Shown: positions 30,861-43,438 of the stretch, piece after piece
Layout: each line of letters starts with the position of its first letter
Numbering within the stretch: the first letter of the stretch is position 1
DNA from: Pseudomonadota bacterium
GTDB taxonomy: Bacteria > Pseudomonadota > Gammaproteobacteria > Burkholderiales > JABEVD01
DNA: 64,000 bases
Assembly: GCA_021835845.1 (NCBI GenBank)
Contig: JAKBJU010000002.1
Location: 118,130-182,129, forward strand
Direction of reading: 5' to 3'
Program-made: the position numbers and the translations under genes
Notes under the pieces: model-generated
Seen by the model: the letters and a program-made list of their open reading frames with translations, nothing else
Told to the model about the DNA's origin: nothing
Database searches by the model: none

Positions 30861-31889
30861 ATGAGTTTAGCCAAAACAGCCGATCTGTTCAGGGAACCCT
30901 CTTTCTGGCTGGGGATCGTGCTTTCCGTGCTGCTTGCTGCCGGAGGAACGACGCTCGCCGACATGTCCTGGGCGAAGCATCTCGGCCTGAGCGGACTGAC
31001 GCTTGCCATCCTGCTGGGCATTCTTGTGGGAAACACGCTTTTTGGCAGAATCGCGCACCATACGGCCAAGGGGGTCGACTTTTCCAGGAGCACGCTGCTT
31101 CGCGCAGGAATCATTTTCTTCGGATTTCGGATCAGCTTCCAGCAGATCGCGCAGGTGGGATGGGCCGGAATACTGATCGATTCAACCATGGTGTTCCTGA
31201 CCTTCCTGCTGGCAGTGCAGCTTGGCCAGCGCATCTTCCGGCTGGATAGGCAGACTTCGATGCTGATCGGGGCCGGAAGCGCGATATGCGGCGCAGCAGC
31301 CGTATTGGCGACCGAGCCCGTCGTCAAGGGGCAGGCGCACAAGGTTTCGGTCGCAGTCGCCACCGTGGTGGTGTTCGGAACGATTTCGATGTTCCTCTAT
31401 CCGGTGCTTTATCCCCATCTCGGGCTTTCCGTGCAGGAATACGGGATATACGCCGGATCGACCATTCACGAGGTCGCCCAGGTCGTGGCCGCAGGGAGCG
31501 CCGTGAACGAGCATGCTGCGGACACCGCCGTCATCGAGAAGATGATGAGGGTGATGATGCTCGCGCCCTTCCTGCTCGCCTTGTCCTCGTTTGGAGAAGG
31601 ACGGGAAGAAACCGGAAAGCGCATTACGATTCCCTGGTTCGCCGTGCTTTTCATCGTTGCGAGCGGCGTCAATTCGCTTCACGTCCTTTCTGCTGCGGTC
31701 ATACAGCACATCAACGCGATCGACACGATCCTGCTTTCCACGGCCATGGGCGCTTTGGGTTTGCGCACCCATGCGGGGGCGATCCGGCAGGCAGGCCTCA
31801 AGCCGCTCATGCTTGCAAGCATGCTGTTCGTATTTCTCATCGTTGGGGGATATGCAGTCAACCGCATCGTCATGCATTTCATGGGCTGA
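30861..31889 (+). CDS. YeiH/UPF0324-family integral membrane protein (putative sulfate-exporter family)
   Basis: The 342-aa ORF encodes a polytopic membrane protein. Its pairing with a divergent LysR gene mirrors E. coli yeiE/yeiH. The family call rests on sequence recollection and context. Confidence 0.7.
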   Translation: MSLAKTADLFREPSFWLGIVLSVLLAAGGTTLADMSWAKHLGLSGLTLAILLGILVGNTLFGRIAHHTAKGVDFSRSTLLRAGIIFFGFRISFQQIAQVGWAGILIDSTMVFLTFLLAVQLGQRIFRLDRQTSMLIGAGSAICGAAAVLATEPVVKGQAHKVSVAVATVVVFGTISMFLYPVLYPHLGLSVQEYGIYAGSTIHEVAQVVAAGSAVNEHAADTAVIEKMMRVMMLAPFLLALSSFGEGREETGKRITIPWFAVLFIVASGVNSLHVLSAAVIQHINAIDTILLSTAMGALGLRTHAGAIRQAGLKPLMLASMLFVFLIVGGYAVNRIVMHFMG

Positions 31890-31939
31890 GGCAGGCGCTG
31901 CGGGAATCGCTGTCCGAGCTCCCGGATGTTCGCGGCAGC

Positions 31940-33628
31940 TTAGCCGAAGCGGTAGCCTTCCGCAGGGTGGAGCCGCCAGTCTCCCTCCCCCCTGAGCTCG
32001 AGGACCTGTGCATGGTACTTCAGGATCGAGGGGCGGTGCCCGACGCTGACCAGGGTCGTTTCAGTTTCAGCCAGCAGGCTGTAGAGGTGCGCCTCGTTGG
32101 CTGCATCCAGGGCGCTCGTCGCCTCATCCAGCATCGCGTAGCGCGGCTTCGTGACCAGAACGCGGGCGATGGCAAGGCGCTGCTGCTCCCCGACCGAAAG
32201 GACCTTTTCCCAGTCCATTTCCGCATCCAGCCCTCCCGACCTTTCCGCAAGATCGGGCAGGTTCACCCTGTCCAGCATCTGCAGCAGATGCGCGTCCGAA
32301 ACCACCCTGTCAGCGTCGGGATAGAGGAGCTGGCTGCGCAGCGTGCCGAGTATCATGTAGGGCTGCTGCGGAACGAACAGCATCTCGTCTGGCCGGAATA
32401 TCCTTCCGCTTCCGGAATGCCAGAGTCCCGCGATGGCGCGCAGCAGCGAGCTCTTCCCGCTGCCGCTCTCCCCCGCGATCAGCAGGCTTTTCCCCGGATC
32501 GACCGCAACCGTGAGATCCCTGATCAGGATTCTTTCATGATTGGGCGTCCGCAGCGTCATGCGCTCGATCGCGAGGCGGGAATCCCGAACCGCGACGATT
32601 GATTCCTCCGCCCCGGTATTCCGCGGCCTGTCGAGGACGTCCGAGAAGCTGCTCAGGCGGGCGATGCCTGCCGAGAATCTGCTCAGCCCCTCGAAGTGCT
32701 CAACGACCAGGGACACTGCGCCGAGAACCGCCGAGAATGCGCCCGTTGCCTGGACTGCGCTGCCGATTTCGAGCTCTCCCGACAACACCTTGGGCGCGAG
32801 GATGGCCGTCGGGAGGACGATGTTCAGCATGGTGAAGGCGTACTGGAAAAGGTTCAGGAAAAACTGGCTCCTGATGAGCCTGAGGAAATTGCCGAATGCT
32901 GCGGAAAACCGTCCTTTCACCTGGAGCGCTTCCTGCTCCTCCCCTTCGTAGAAGGCGATGGATTCAGCGTTTTCCCTCACTCTGACCATGCTGAAGCGGA
33001 AATCGGCCTCCTTCTTCAGCTGCTGGAAATTGAGGCCTATCAGGGTTCGTCCGAAGAAGAACAGCGTGACCAGCGTACCGGTTACCGAATAGACGAGCAG
33101 GAAATAGACGAGTTCCCTGGATATCGACCACAAGACTGCGCTGAAGGCGATCAGGTCCAGAACCGATCCCGTCAATATCCCCAGGAAGTAGAGCGAGCGC
33201 TGGGTGAAGGCGTCGATGTCCTCGACAATGCGCTGGTCGGGGTTGTCGATCTCCCTGCTCGAATTCAGGTCGTAGAATTGCCTGTTGCTGAAATAGCGGT
33301 CGAGGAAGCGGTTCGTCAGCCACCTTCGCCAATGGATGCCCAGCGTGTCCCGCATGTAGAAATAAAGGGCATAGGCCGGAACCGTGACTGCGAGGAGGCC
33401 TACAGAATATTCGATGGCCCTCCAGAAGCGCTGCTTTTCGTGCGCGGCGAGCGCTGAAGTGAATTCGCCCGCCTGCTGGTTGAGCATGACCGCGAACCGG
33501 GTCTGGGCGAGGAGCAGGATCACCAGAAGCGCAGTCAGCCCCCAGGCCTTCCATTTCTCTTCCCGGCGCCAGTAGGGCGAGGCGATGGTCCAGAACTGCT
33601 GCCAAACCTGATTATCGAAAGGCTTCAT
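31940..33628 (-). CDS. Fused permease/ATPase ABC transporter, SbmA/BacA-like (YddA / Rv1819c type)
   Basis: The N-terminal TM domain begins MKPFDNQVWQQFWTIASPYWRREEKW. The C-terminal NBD has Walker A GESGSGKSS, the signature LSVGEQQRL and Walker B AMLDEATSALD. The start is either 33628 or 33673. Confidence 0.8.
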   Translation of the reverse strand: MKPFDNQVWQQFWTIASPYWRREEKWKAWGLTALLVILLLAQTRFAVMLNQQAGEFTSALAAHEKQRFWRAIEYSVGLLAVTVPAYALYFYMRDTLGIHWRRWLTNRFLDRYFSNRQFYDLNSSREIDNPDQRIVEDIDAFTQRSLYFLGILTGSVLDLIAFSAVLWSISRELVYFLLVYSVTGTLVTLFFFGRTLIGLNFQQLKKEADFRFSMVRVRENAESIAFYEGEEQEALQVKGRFSAAFGNFLRLIRSQFFLNLFQYAFTMLNIVLPTAILAPKVLSGELEIGSAVQATGAFSAVLGAVSLVVEHFEGLSRFSAGIARLSSFSDVLDRPRNTGAEESIVAVRDSRLAIERMTLRTPNHERILIRDLTVAVDPGKSLLIAGESGSGKSSLLRAIAGLWHSGSGRIFRPDEMLFVPQQPYMILGTLRSQLLYPDADRVVSDAHLLQMLDRVNLPDLAERSGGLDAEMDWEKVLSVGEQQRLAIARVLVTKPRYAMLDEATSALDAANEAHLYSLLAETETTLVSVGHRPSILKYHAQVLELRGEGDWRLHPAEGYRFG

Positions 33629-33949
33629 TCGCGGTCCTGTTTGCCGGAACTTCAGGGCGGGATATATCTTCATTTTTGCCGATACGGGGATTGCCAGAAG
33701 GGCCGTCGGCAGCAGCCAGTTCAGATTTAATCATAGCGATTCACAATGATTGGATCAATCGGGTTCCTGATTCGATGAGATCCGGGCAGCTTCGGGTGAT
33801 TCCGGCGCGGTTGTTCCCGTTCTGGCGCGCCCTGCTTATTGAATTCCCTTTGAATTTAGAGCATTATGGAAAAAATTCAGGAACAGGCATCGGAATGTCG
33901 CTTTTAATCGCACCGATTAGGGTGGCTAATTAAGTCAAGGCTACTCACT

Positions 33950-34465
33950 ATGACACCTGACCAAATTGCTCTTGCACAACTTGAGGTCGCCAAACTCCAA
34001 GCGTGGATAACAGCCGTTGCCATCTTTCTTGGCCCGTTAGCTGGCGTCCTCTTCACGTTTTGGTTCCAGTCTCGCAAAGACAAAGCGGCGGAAAAGCATC
34101 GCCTGTTCCTCACTCTCATGGGAGAACGTAAAGGGCTGGTTATATCGCTCCAAATGGCGCATGCATTGAATACTATTGACGTTGTGTTCTCCGACAATTC
34201 TACGATTGTAGCGCTTTGGCATAAGTATTACGCGCTGTTATCTCAGCCCCCTGGCGAAGCGAGGGTACATACATGGCTGGAGCTCCTGGCAGCAATGGCA
34301 GCAGATCTCCGTTATTCCAAGCTGAAACAAACCGACCTTGATAAGTTCTACATCCCGCAGGGGCACGTTGACCAACTTGATTTTCAGCGTGAGGTTCAGG
34401 CTGAATGGCTCCGTGTATTAAAGAATACCGAGCGTTTTATAGTCGAGCCAAAAAAAGAGCCATAG
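33950..34465 (+). CDS. Orphan hypothetical protein with one N-terminal TM helix
   Basis: The 171-aa ORF has an ATG start with AAGG 9 nt upstream. A predicted TM segment is AWITAVAIFLGPLAGVLFTFWF. Its G+C is lower than its neighbours: a hand count gives 29/60 for its first 60 nt, against 37/60 for the adjacent end of gyrB. I recognise no functional motifs. Confidence 0.5.
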   Translation: MTPDQIALAQLEVAKLQAWITAVAIFLGPLAGVLFTFWFQSRKDKAAEKHRLFLTLMGERKGLVISLQMAHALNTIDVVFSDNSTIVALWHKYYALLSQPPGEARVHTWLELLAAMAADLRYSKLKQTDLDKFYIPQGHVDQLDFQREVQAEWLRVLKNTERFIVEPKKEP

Positions 34466-34616
34466 CCTCAATTAGGCAGTTCTACGCGAAAAGCCATGCA
34501 GGCAGGAGAATTCAGACGTTAGCTTTTCCAAGGATCAATCGTGGTAACGAAGAATACAGGTCAAGTTATTAAGCGAATTGGTGCGCGTTGCCCTGTAACC
34601 GATTAGCCCGTTGGAA

Positions 34617-34646
34617 ATGAAAAGGGCCTCTTGCGAGGCCCCCTTT
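34617..34646 (-). terminator. Rho-independent terminator of the dnaA-dnaN-gyrB unit
   Basis: On the minus strand the sequence is GGGCCTC-GCAA-GAGGCCC followed by TTTTCATTT. It lies about 25 nt after the gyrB stop. Confidence 0.65.
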
Positions 34647-34669
34647 GCAACACCTGCTGACAAAAAGCC

Positions 34670-37072
<2,403 letters not shown>

Positions 37073-38179
37073 TTAAATCCGCATCGGCATGACGACATAC
37101 TTGAAGTCATCCCTTCCGGGTATGGAAATGAGCACGCTGCTGTTCGAGTCCCCGAAGGCGCAATTCACGGATTCTTCGGTGAGGTTGGTCAGCACGTCGA
37201 GCAGGTAGCTGATGTTGAAGCCGATATCGAGCGGGCTGCCGCCGTATTCGATCTCGAATTCCTCCTGCGCTTCCTCCTGCTCGGTGTTGGTGCAGATGAT
37301 GCGCAGGTTTCCTTCGGTGATGACGAGCCTGACGCCGCGTATCTTCTCGTTGGAAAGGATGGCGGCGCGCTGCAGCGCCTGGAGCAGGGGAATCCTGCCC
37401 ATGGTCATGGTCTGCTGGTAGTTCACCGGGATGACCTTGGTGTAATCCGGAAACTTCCCGTCGACCAGCTTGGAAATCACGGTCACACCGGAGAATTCGA
37501 AGCGGATCTGGTTCTGCAGTATTTCCAGGGAGAGCGCATCGTCGCTGTCGGAAAGGAGCTTGGTGAGCTCGATCACGGTCTTCCTCGGCAGGATCACTTC
37601 CTGCTTCTCGTACTGGCGGTCGAGAACGCTGCTGGCGAAGGCGAGCCGGTGTCCGTCCGTCGCCACGACCTTGAGCAGATTGCCCTCGATCACGAGCAGC
37701 AGCCCGTTCAGGTAGTAGCGGATATCCTGCTGCGCCATGGCGTACTGCACCAGGGAAAGCAGCCCCTTGAGCATCTTCTGGTTGATGACGAGCTTCCCGT
37801 TCAGCGCCTCTCCTTCGGCAAGCCGGGGAAAGTCTTCCGCGGGCAGCGTCTGCAGGTTGAAGCGGCTGTGTCCGGCCTTGACCTGGAGCCGGCTGTCCTG
37901 CGTTTCCAGGGAGACGTTGCCGCTGTCCGGGAGGGAGCGCAGGATGTCCTGAAGCTTCTTGGCCCCGACGGTCACGGAAACCTTCTGGCCATCGTCCTCG
38001 CAGGGGGTCGAGGAAGTGATCTGGATTTCCAGGTCCGTGGCGGCGAAGGAAATCGAGTCGCCGCTCTTCTCGATCAGGACGTTGGCAAGAATCGGCAGGG
38101 TATGGCGTCTTTCGACCACGCCCGTGACGGACTGGAGAGGTTTGAGCAGCAAATCCCGGTTGGCTTTGATGAGTAGCAT
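37073..38179 (-). CDS. dnaN: DNA polymerase III beta sliding clamp
   Basis: The 368-aa ORF lies between dnaA and gyrB. Its C-terminus is the typical MPMRI. Confidence 0.95.
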   Translation of the reverse strand: MLLIKANRDLLLKPLQSVTGVVERRHTLPILANVLIEKSGDSISFAATDLEIQITSSTPCEDDGQKVSVTVGAKKLQDILRSLPDSGNVSLETQDSRLQVKAGHSRFNLQTLPAEDFPRLAEGEALNGKLVINQKMLKGLLSLVQYAMAQQDIRYYLNGLLLVIEGNLLKVVATDGHRLAFASSVLDRQYEKQEVILPRKTVIELTKLLSDSDDALSLEILQNQIRFEFSGVTVISKLVDGKFPDYTKVIPVNYQQTMTMGRIPLLQALQRAAILSNEKIRGVRLVITEGNLRIICTNTEQEEAQEEFEIEYGGSPLDIGFNISYLLDVLTNLTEESVNCAFGDSNSSVLISIPGRDDFKYVVMPMRI

Positions 38180-38196
38180 GGCTTCCTGACCTGTTA

Positions 38197-39522
38197 TTAG
38201 TTTCTCAAAATTTGGAGCAGCGTGTTGAATTCCCTGGCGATATCCGGGCTGGTCGACTTGAGTTCGACGATTTTTCGGCAGGCGTGCAGCACGGTCGTGT
38301 GGTCGCGGCCGCCGAAGGCGTCGCCGATGTCCGGCAGGCTGAGCTGCGTCAGTTCCTTGGTCAGCGCCATCGCCATCTGCCTGGGCCTCGCCAGCACCCG
38401 CGTCCGCTTTTTCGAGTACATTTCCGCCACCTTGATTTTATAGTAATCCGCGACGGTCTTCTGGATATTTTCGATCGAAACCTGCCTGTTCTGCACCGCG
38501 AGAAGATCCTTGAGCGCTTCCTTCGCCACCTCCAGCGTGACGGCGTGGCCGGAGAAGCGGCAATAGGCGAAAACGCGCTTCAATGCGCCTTCCAGCTCCC
38601 GGATGTTGGAGCGGATATGCTTGGCGATGAAAAACGCGACGCTTTCGTCCAGCGCCATGTTCTCCATTTCGGCCTTCTTCAGCAGGATCGCAACGCGCAT
38701 TTCAAGTTCGGGCGGCTCGACTGCAACGGTCAGCCCCCATCCGAAACGGGAAATGAGCCGGTCCTCCACCCCCGAAATTTCCTTCGGGTAGGTGTCGCAG
38801 GTGATGATGACCTGCTTGTGGGAGTCGACCAGGGCGTTGAAGGCGTAGAAGAATTCCTCCTGGGTTCTCGCCTTGCCGCTGAAGAACTGGATGTCGTCGA
38901 TGAGGAGCAGATCGAGGGAGTGGTAGTACTGCTTGAAGTCGTCGAAGGCCTTGTGTCGGTAAGCCTTCACCACGTCGGAGACGTACTGCTCGGCGTGGGT
39001 GTAGCGAATCTTCGCCTCGGGGTGGCGGTCGTGCACGAGATTGCCTATGGCCTGAATCAGGTGCGTTTTGCCCAGGCCGACCCCGCCGTAAATGAAGAGG
39101 GGGTTGTAGGCCGTGCCGGGATTCTCCGCGATCTGGATCGCCGCGGCCCTGGCCAGCTGATTGGCCTTTCCGGTCACGAAGTTGTCGAAGGTGAAGGCCT
39201 TGTTGAGCCGGCTCTGTTCGCGGGGCGTGTGCTTGCCAGCCTGCTGCACCGGCGCAGCTGCGGGAGCCTTCTGGCCGGGCGCTGCGCTGTCGGCGGAAAC
39301 CAGGTCGAAATTGACGGGCTTGCCGAAGAATTCCTCCGCCATTTCCTCGATCCTCGGCAGGAAGCGGTCCTTGATCCAGAGCGTCACGAAAGGGCTGGGC
39401 GTGACGAGGGCGAACGCGTCTCCTGCCGGCTCCAGCCGCAGCGGCTTTATCCAGGTGTTGAATTGCTGAGCGGTCAATTCGCCTTTGAATCGCTCGAGGC
39501 AGGCGCTCCAGAATTTTTCCAT
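38197..39522 (-). CDS. dnaA: Chromosomal replication initiator DnaA
   Basis: The 441-aa ORF has a AAA+ core ([18 protein letters not shown]). Its domain IV contains [11 protein letters not shown]. Confidence 0.97.
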   Translation of the reverse strand: MEKFWSACLERFKGELTAQQFNTWIKPLRLEPAGDAFALVTPSPFVTLWIKDRFLPRIEEMAEEFFGKPVNFDLVSADSAAPGQKAPAAAPVQQAGKHTPREQSRLNKAFTFDNFVTGKANQLARAAAIQIAENPGTAYNPLFIYGGVGLGKTHLIQAIGNLVHDRHPEAKIRYTHAEQYVSDVVKAYRHKAFDDFKQYYHSLDLLLIDDIQFFSGKARTQEEFFYAFNALVDSHKQVIITCDTYPKEISGVEDRLISRFGWGLTVAVEPPELEMRVAILLKKAEMENMALDESVAFFIAKHIRSNIRELEGALKRVFAYCRFSGHAVTLEVAKEALKDLLAVQNRQVSIENIQKTVADYYKIKVAEMYSKKRTRVLARPRQMAMALTKELTQLSLPDIGDAFGGRDHTTVLHACRKIVELKSTSPDIAREFNTLLQILRN

Positions 39523-39604
39523 GGGCAGTTTCTATTTATAAACAAATAGATATGTTTTCTGGGTTGTTTTGCGAATTTCCGTATTCTAGACGCTTTTCGC
39601 CCAC

Positions 39605-39613
39605 TTATCCACA
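39605..39613 (+). promoter_or_regulatory. Consensus DnaA box
   Basis: TTATCCACA is a perfect 9/9 match. It lies in the 179-bp dnaA-rpmH divergent spacer. A relaxed box TTATAAACA sits at 39536..39544. Confidence 0.75.
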
Positions 39614-39701
39614 GCAATGGCCCAAACGGGAGAAAAAAAGAAGGTTGACAGAAGTCGCCGTAAAAGGGTGTAATAAGCAGTTTTATTGATGGGGAGTCAG
39701 A

Positions 39702-39836
39702 ATGAAGCGCACATATCAACCCTCGGTGACGAGGCGCAAGCGTACTCACGGTTTCCTGGTCAGGATGAAAACCCGCGGCGGCCGCGGCGTGATCAGGGCT
39801 CGGCGTGCCAAGGGACGTGCGAGGTTGGGCGTTTAG
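39702..39836 (+). CDS. rpmH: 50S ribosomal protein L34
   Basis: This gene is not in the ORF track because it falls below the length cut-off. My hand translation is [48 protein letters not shown] lies 7 nt upstream. A TTGACA at 39645..39650 is a plausible -35 element. Confidence 0.95.
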   Translation: MKRTYQPSVTRRKRTHGFLVRMKTRGGRGVIRARRAKGRARLGV

Positions 39837-40209
39837 AGCGCCTGCCATTTATTCGTTTCCAAGATCGTATCGCTTGCTGAAGGCGGACGAGTTTTCGTCC
39901 GTTTTTAGTTTCAGGCGCGCCGTTTTCGGCGAGTTTTTCCAGGTCCAGGTCAGGCCGAACGGCGGGGAGCACCCCAGGCTGGGCATGATCGTCCCGAAGA
40001 AAACGGAAAGGCGGGCTGTCTACAGGAATCTGGCGAAGCGGATCGTCCGCGAAGGCTTCCGCACCCGGCGTGGAGAGATCGGCGGGCTGGATGTCGTCGT
40101 GAGGCTGCGCAAGTCTTTCCGCAGGGACAGGGCGGGCGAAGCCAGGCAGGAGTTGCACATACTGATTAGCAGGGTGGCCCATGTCACGGCTCTTGATCGG
40201 ACTGATTAG
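39805..40209 (+). CDS. rnpA: Ribonuclease P protein component
   Basis: The conserved N-terminal FP.S.RLLK..EF..VF motif starts at about 39856. The only canonical in-frame start upstream of that motif is the ATG at 39805, which overlaps rpmH by 32 nt. The start is therefore uncertain. Confidence 0.8.
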   Translation: MPRDVRGWAFRAPAIYSFPRSYRLLKADEFSSVFSFRRAVFGEFFQVQVRPNGGEHPRLGMIVPKKTERRAVYRNLAKRIVREGFRTRRGEIGGLDVVVRLRKSFRRDRAGEARQELHILISRVAHVTALDRTD

Positions 40210-40390
40210 GCTTTATCAATACGCGTTGAGTCCGTTTATCGGTCCCTCGTGCAGGTTCACTCCCACCTGCTCGGAATATGCCTGTCAGGCCCTGCGCAAG
40301 CACGGTTTTTTGAAGGGCACTTGGCTCGGGGCGAGAAGGATTTCGAGGTGTCATCCCTGGAACCCGGGCGGCCATGATCCCGTCCCCTGA
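40181..40390 (+). CDS. yidD: Membrane protein insertion efficiency factor YidD
   Basis: The 69-aa ORF contains [27 protein letters not shown]. It overlaps the end of rnpA. Confidence 0.9.
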   Translation: MSRLLIGLIRLYQYALSPFIGPSCRFTPTCSEYACQALRKHGFLKGTWLGARRISRCHPWNPGGHDPVP

Positions 40391-40407
40391 AACAATGGTA
40401 GAGATTT

Positions 40408-42048
40408 ATGGACAATAAACGGCTTGTAGTTTTCATCATCTTTTCCCTCTCCATCCTGCTGCTTTGGCAGAAATGGCAGGTCGCGCATGCGCCGGAAGTT
40501 CCCCAGGCGCAGAAGGAATCCGTCGCGCCAACACCCGATGCGAAGCTGAGCGAGAAGCCGCAGGCCTCCGGCCAGGGCGCGGTGGATACTTCCGCCGAGC
40601 TTCAGAAAGGGCAGATCATCTCCGTCAGAACGGACGTGATGCAGGCCGGCATCAGCACCATCGGGGGAGACTTGCGCGAACTCGACCTGCTCAAGTATCG
40701 CGATGCGAAAGATCCGGGCAAACCCTATTCCTTTCTGCACGACGAAGGCTCCAGGATCTATGTGGCGCAGTCGGGACTGATCGGGGACGGCTTGCCCAAC
40801 CACAAGACGCCCTACACGTCGAGTTCGCTGAAGTACGAACTGCAGCCCGGCGCGGACACGCTCGAGGTGCGGCTGGAGGCGCCTGAAAGCGCCGGGTACC
40901 GGGTGGAAAAGATTTACACCTTCCGCAGGAACAGCTACGTCGTCGACGTGTCCTACGACATCCGCAACATGGGCCCGGCGACCATCCAGCCGTTCGCCTA
41001 CTTCCAGCTGCTGCGCGACGGAGAGCCGCCCGAGGGCGCGTCGCGGTTCGCCAAGACCTATACCGGGGCCGCGGTCTACACCGACAAGTCGAAATTCGTG
41101 AAGGCCGATTTCGCCGACATCGCAAAGGGCAAGACGAATTACCCGGCGAACGACGACAACGGCTGGGTCGCCATGATCCAGCACTATTTCGTCACGGCGT
41201 GGCTGCCGCAGGACAAGACGAAGCGCGAATATTACACCCGGCAGCTGAATCCCGACCTCTATTCGGCGGGGGTGGTGCTGCCCGTGGGAAGCATCCAGCC
41301 GGGCAAGGATGGGCGCATCGCGGTTCCGCTTTATGCCGGTCCGCAGGAACAGAATTTGCTGGCCAAGACTGCGCCCGGGCTTGATCTCGTGGTGGACTAC
41401 GGCTGGGTCACGGTCATCGCGAAGCCGCTGTTCTGGTTTCTTTCGCTGCTCTACAGCTGGGTCCGCAACTGGGGTGCTGCCATCATCCTGCTGACCGTCT
41501 GCATCAAACTGATCTTCTTCCCTCTGTCCGCAGCCAGCTACAAGTCGATGGCCAAGATGCGCGCCCTGAGCCCCAAGCTGCAGTTGCTCAAGGAGCAGTA
41601 TGGGGAAGACAAGCAGCGCATGAACCAGGCGATGATGGAATTGTACAAGACCGAGAAGGTCAACCCGCTAGGCGGCTGTCTGCCGATTGCAGTGCAGATC
41701 CCGGTATTCATCGCCCTTTACACGGTGCTGCTGTCCACGGTCGAACTGCGCAATGCGCCTTTCATGCTCTGGATTCAGGATCTTTCTCTGCCTGATCCCT
41801 ATTACGTCCTGCCGCTCGTCATGGGCATCACCATGCTGCTGCAGACCAAGATGAATCCGACGCCGCCCGACCCGATCCAGGCCAAGGTGATGCAGGTCAT
41901 GCCGATCGCTTTCAGCATATTCTTCTTCTTCTTCCCGGCGGGGCTGGTGCTTTACTGGTTGGTGAACAACGTTCTCTCCATCTCCCAGCAGTGGTACATC
42001 ACCCGCATGATAGGAAAGGAAACCGCCGCCGCCCATGGCAAGCGCTGA
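40408..42048 (+). CDS. yidC: Membrane protein insertase YidC
   Basis: The 546-aa ORF has an N-terminal TM segment, a periplasmic domain and the conserved C-terminal five-TM core ([16 protein letters not shown]). Confidence 0.95.
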   Translation: MDNKRLVVFIIFSLSILLLWQKWQVAHAPEVPQAQKESVAPTPDAKLSEKPQASGQGAVDTSAELQKGQIISVRTDVMQAGISTIGGDLRELDLLKYRDAKDPGKPYSFLHDEGSRIYVAQSGLIGDGLPNHKTPYTSSSLKYELQPGADTLEVRLEAPESAGYRVEKIYTFRRNSYVVDVSYDIRNMGPATIQPFAYFQLLRDGEPPEGASRFAKTYTGAAVYTDKSKFVKADFADIAKGKTNYPANDDNGWVAMIQHYFVTAWLPQDKTKREYYTRQLNPDLYSAGVVLPVGSIQPGKDGRIAVPLYAGPQEQNLLAKTAPGLDLVVDYGWVTVIAKPLFWFLSLLYSWVRNWGAAIILLTVCIKLIFFPLSAASYKSMAKMRALSPKLQLLKEQYGEDKQRMNQAMMELYKTEKVNPLGGCLPIAVQIPVFIALYTVLLSTVELRNAPFMLWIQDLSLPDPYYVLPLVMGITMLLQTKMNPTPPDPIQAKVMQVMPIAFSIFFFFFPAGLVLYWLVNNVLSISQQWYITRMIGKETAAAHGKR

Positions 42049-43360
42049 CACCATAGCGGCGATAGCCACCGCACCCGGAAGGGGCGGGGTCGGCGTGGTG
42101 CGGATTTCCGGCAGCGGGGTGCGCGACCTGATGCAGGGAGTGCTCGGCAAATCGGTCGAGCCGCGAACCGCGTCCCTTCGCGGGTTTCTCGACAGGGAGG
42201 GCCGCCCCATGGATTCCGGGATAGCTCTTTATTTTCAGGGGCCGCATTCCTATACCGGGGAGGATGTGCTCGAACTTCAGGGGCACGGCGGGCAGGTCGT
42301 CCTCGGCATGCTGCTCGAGCGCTGCCTCGAACTCGGCGCGAGACTCGCCGAACCCGGCGAATTCACGCAGCGCGCCTTTCTCAACGACAAGATCGATCTC
42401 GCCCAGGCCGAAAGCGTGGCCGACCTGATCGATGCCTCGACCCGCAGCGCAGCGCGATGCGCGATGCGCTCCCTGCAGGGAGAATTCTCGAAAAGAATCC
42501 GTGAGCTGGTGGATGCGCTCATCGAGCTGCGCATGCTCGTCGAAGCCACCCTGGACTTTCCCGAAGAAGAAATCGACTTTCTCGAGGAGCGGGATGCTGC
42601 GGGAAAATTGCAGGCCATCCGCAGCCGCCTCGACAGGGTGCTGGATGCGGCGTGCCAGGGCAGCCTGATGCGCTCCGGCATCCATGTCGTTCTGGCGGGG
42701 CAGCCCAATGTCGGCAAATCGAGCCTCCTGAACCGGCTGTCCGGCGACGAAATCGCCATCGTCACCGACATTCCCGGAACGACCCGGGATGCCATTCGGC
42801 AATCCCTCGAAATCGAAGGCATCCCGGTTCATGTCGTGGACACGGCCGGGCTCAGGGAATCGGAAGATCCTGTCGAAAAAATGGGCATGGCGAAAGCCAG
42901 GGAGGCAATGGAAAAGTCGGACCTGATCCTGTATCTCGCGGACAGCGCGAAGGGACTGGATATCGAGGACGGCAAGATACTGCAAAGCCTGCCCGAGCTT
43001 CCCGTCGTGATCGTCTACAACAAGATCGACCTCTCGGGAGAGCCGCCAGGAATCCGTAAGGACGGATCGGTTTGCCTTTCGGCGAAAAGCGGCGAAGGCA
43101 TGCCGTTCCTGGGGAAGCGGCTGCTCGAATTCTTTTCCCTGCACGAGATCGGCGAAAACCAGTTCATCGCCAGGGCCCGCCACGTGTCCGCCCTTCGCGA
43201 GGCGGCAGAATGCCTCGCGCGCGCCGATGCCGCGGCTCAGCCCGAAATGCTCGCCGAGGATCTGAGGCAGGCCCAGACGGCCCTGTCCAGAATCACCGGG
43301 GAATTCACCCCGGACGACCTCCTCGGCGAGATCTTCTCGAGGTTCTGCATCGGCAAATAG
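42035..43360 (+). CDS. mnmE: tRNA modification GTPase MnmE (TrmE)
   Basis: The 441-aa ORF contains [22 protein letters not shown] and the G-domain motif [10 protein letters not shown]. Its C-terminus is FCIGK. It overlaps yidC by 14 nt. Confidence 0.95.
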   Translation: MASADTIAAIATAPGRGGVGVVRISGSGVRDLMQGVLGKSVEPRTASLRGFLDREGRPMDSGIALYFQGPHSYTGEDVLELQGHGGQVVLGMLLERCLELGARLAEPGEFTQRAFLNDKIDLAQAESVADLIDASTRSAARCAMRSLQGEFSKRIRELVDALIELRMLVEATLDFPEEEIDFLEERDAAGKLQAIRSRLDRVLDAACQGSLMRSGIHVVLAGQPNVGKSSLLNRLSGDEIAIVTDIPGTTRDAIRQSLEIEGIPVHVVDTAGLRESEDPVEKMGMAKAREAMEKSDLILYLADSAKGLDIEDGKILQSLPELPVVIVYNKIDLSGEPPGIRKDGSVCLSAKSGEGMPFLGKRLLEFFSLHEIGENQFIARARHVSALREAAECLARADAAAQPEMLAEDLRQAQTALSRITGEFTPDDLLGEIFSRFCIGK

Positions 43361-43363
43361 GGC

Positions 43364-43379
43364 TGTTTCACGTGAAACA
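43364..43379. promoter_or_regulatory. parS centromere-like site (perfect)
   Basis: TGTTTCACGTGAAACA is a 16/16 match to the canonical parS palindrome. It lies in the mnmE-mnmG spacer. Confidence 0.8.
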
Positions 43380-43438
43380 CGATATCCCGGCCATGAAAAG
43401 TGGAGTATCATTCCAACCTCAATCCGGTCTTCAGAAAT

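Noticed and set aside
33676-33933. An 85-aa plus-strand ORF lies in the spacer upstream of the orphan 171-aa gene.
   Set aside because: It has no RBS and no recognisable features. It overlaps the likely promoter region of the divergent ABC transporter gene. I treat it as non-coding.
33912-34606. A 9-bp direct repeat ACCGATTAG occurs at 33912..33920 and 34598..34606, flanking the lower-GC ORF. It could be a target-site duplication or att remnant.
   Set aside because: A single 9-bp match between two flanks of a few hundred bp is not far from chance expectation. No integrase, transposase or terminal inverted repeats accompany it. I keep it only as a hint within the island finding.
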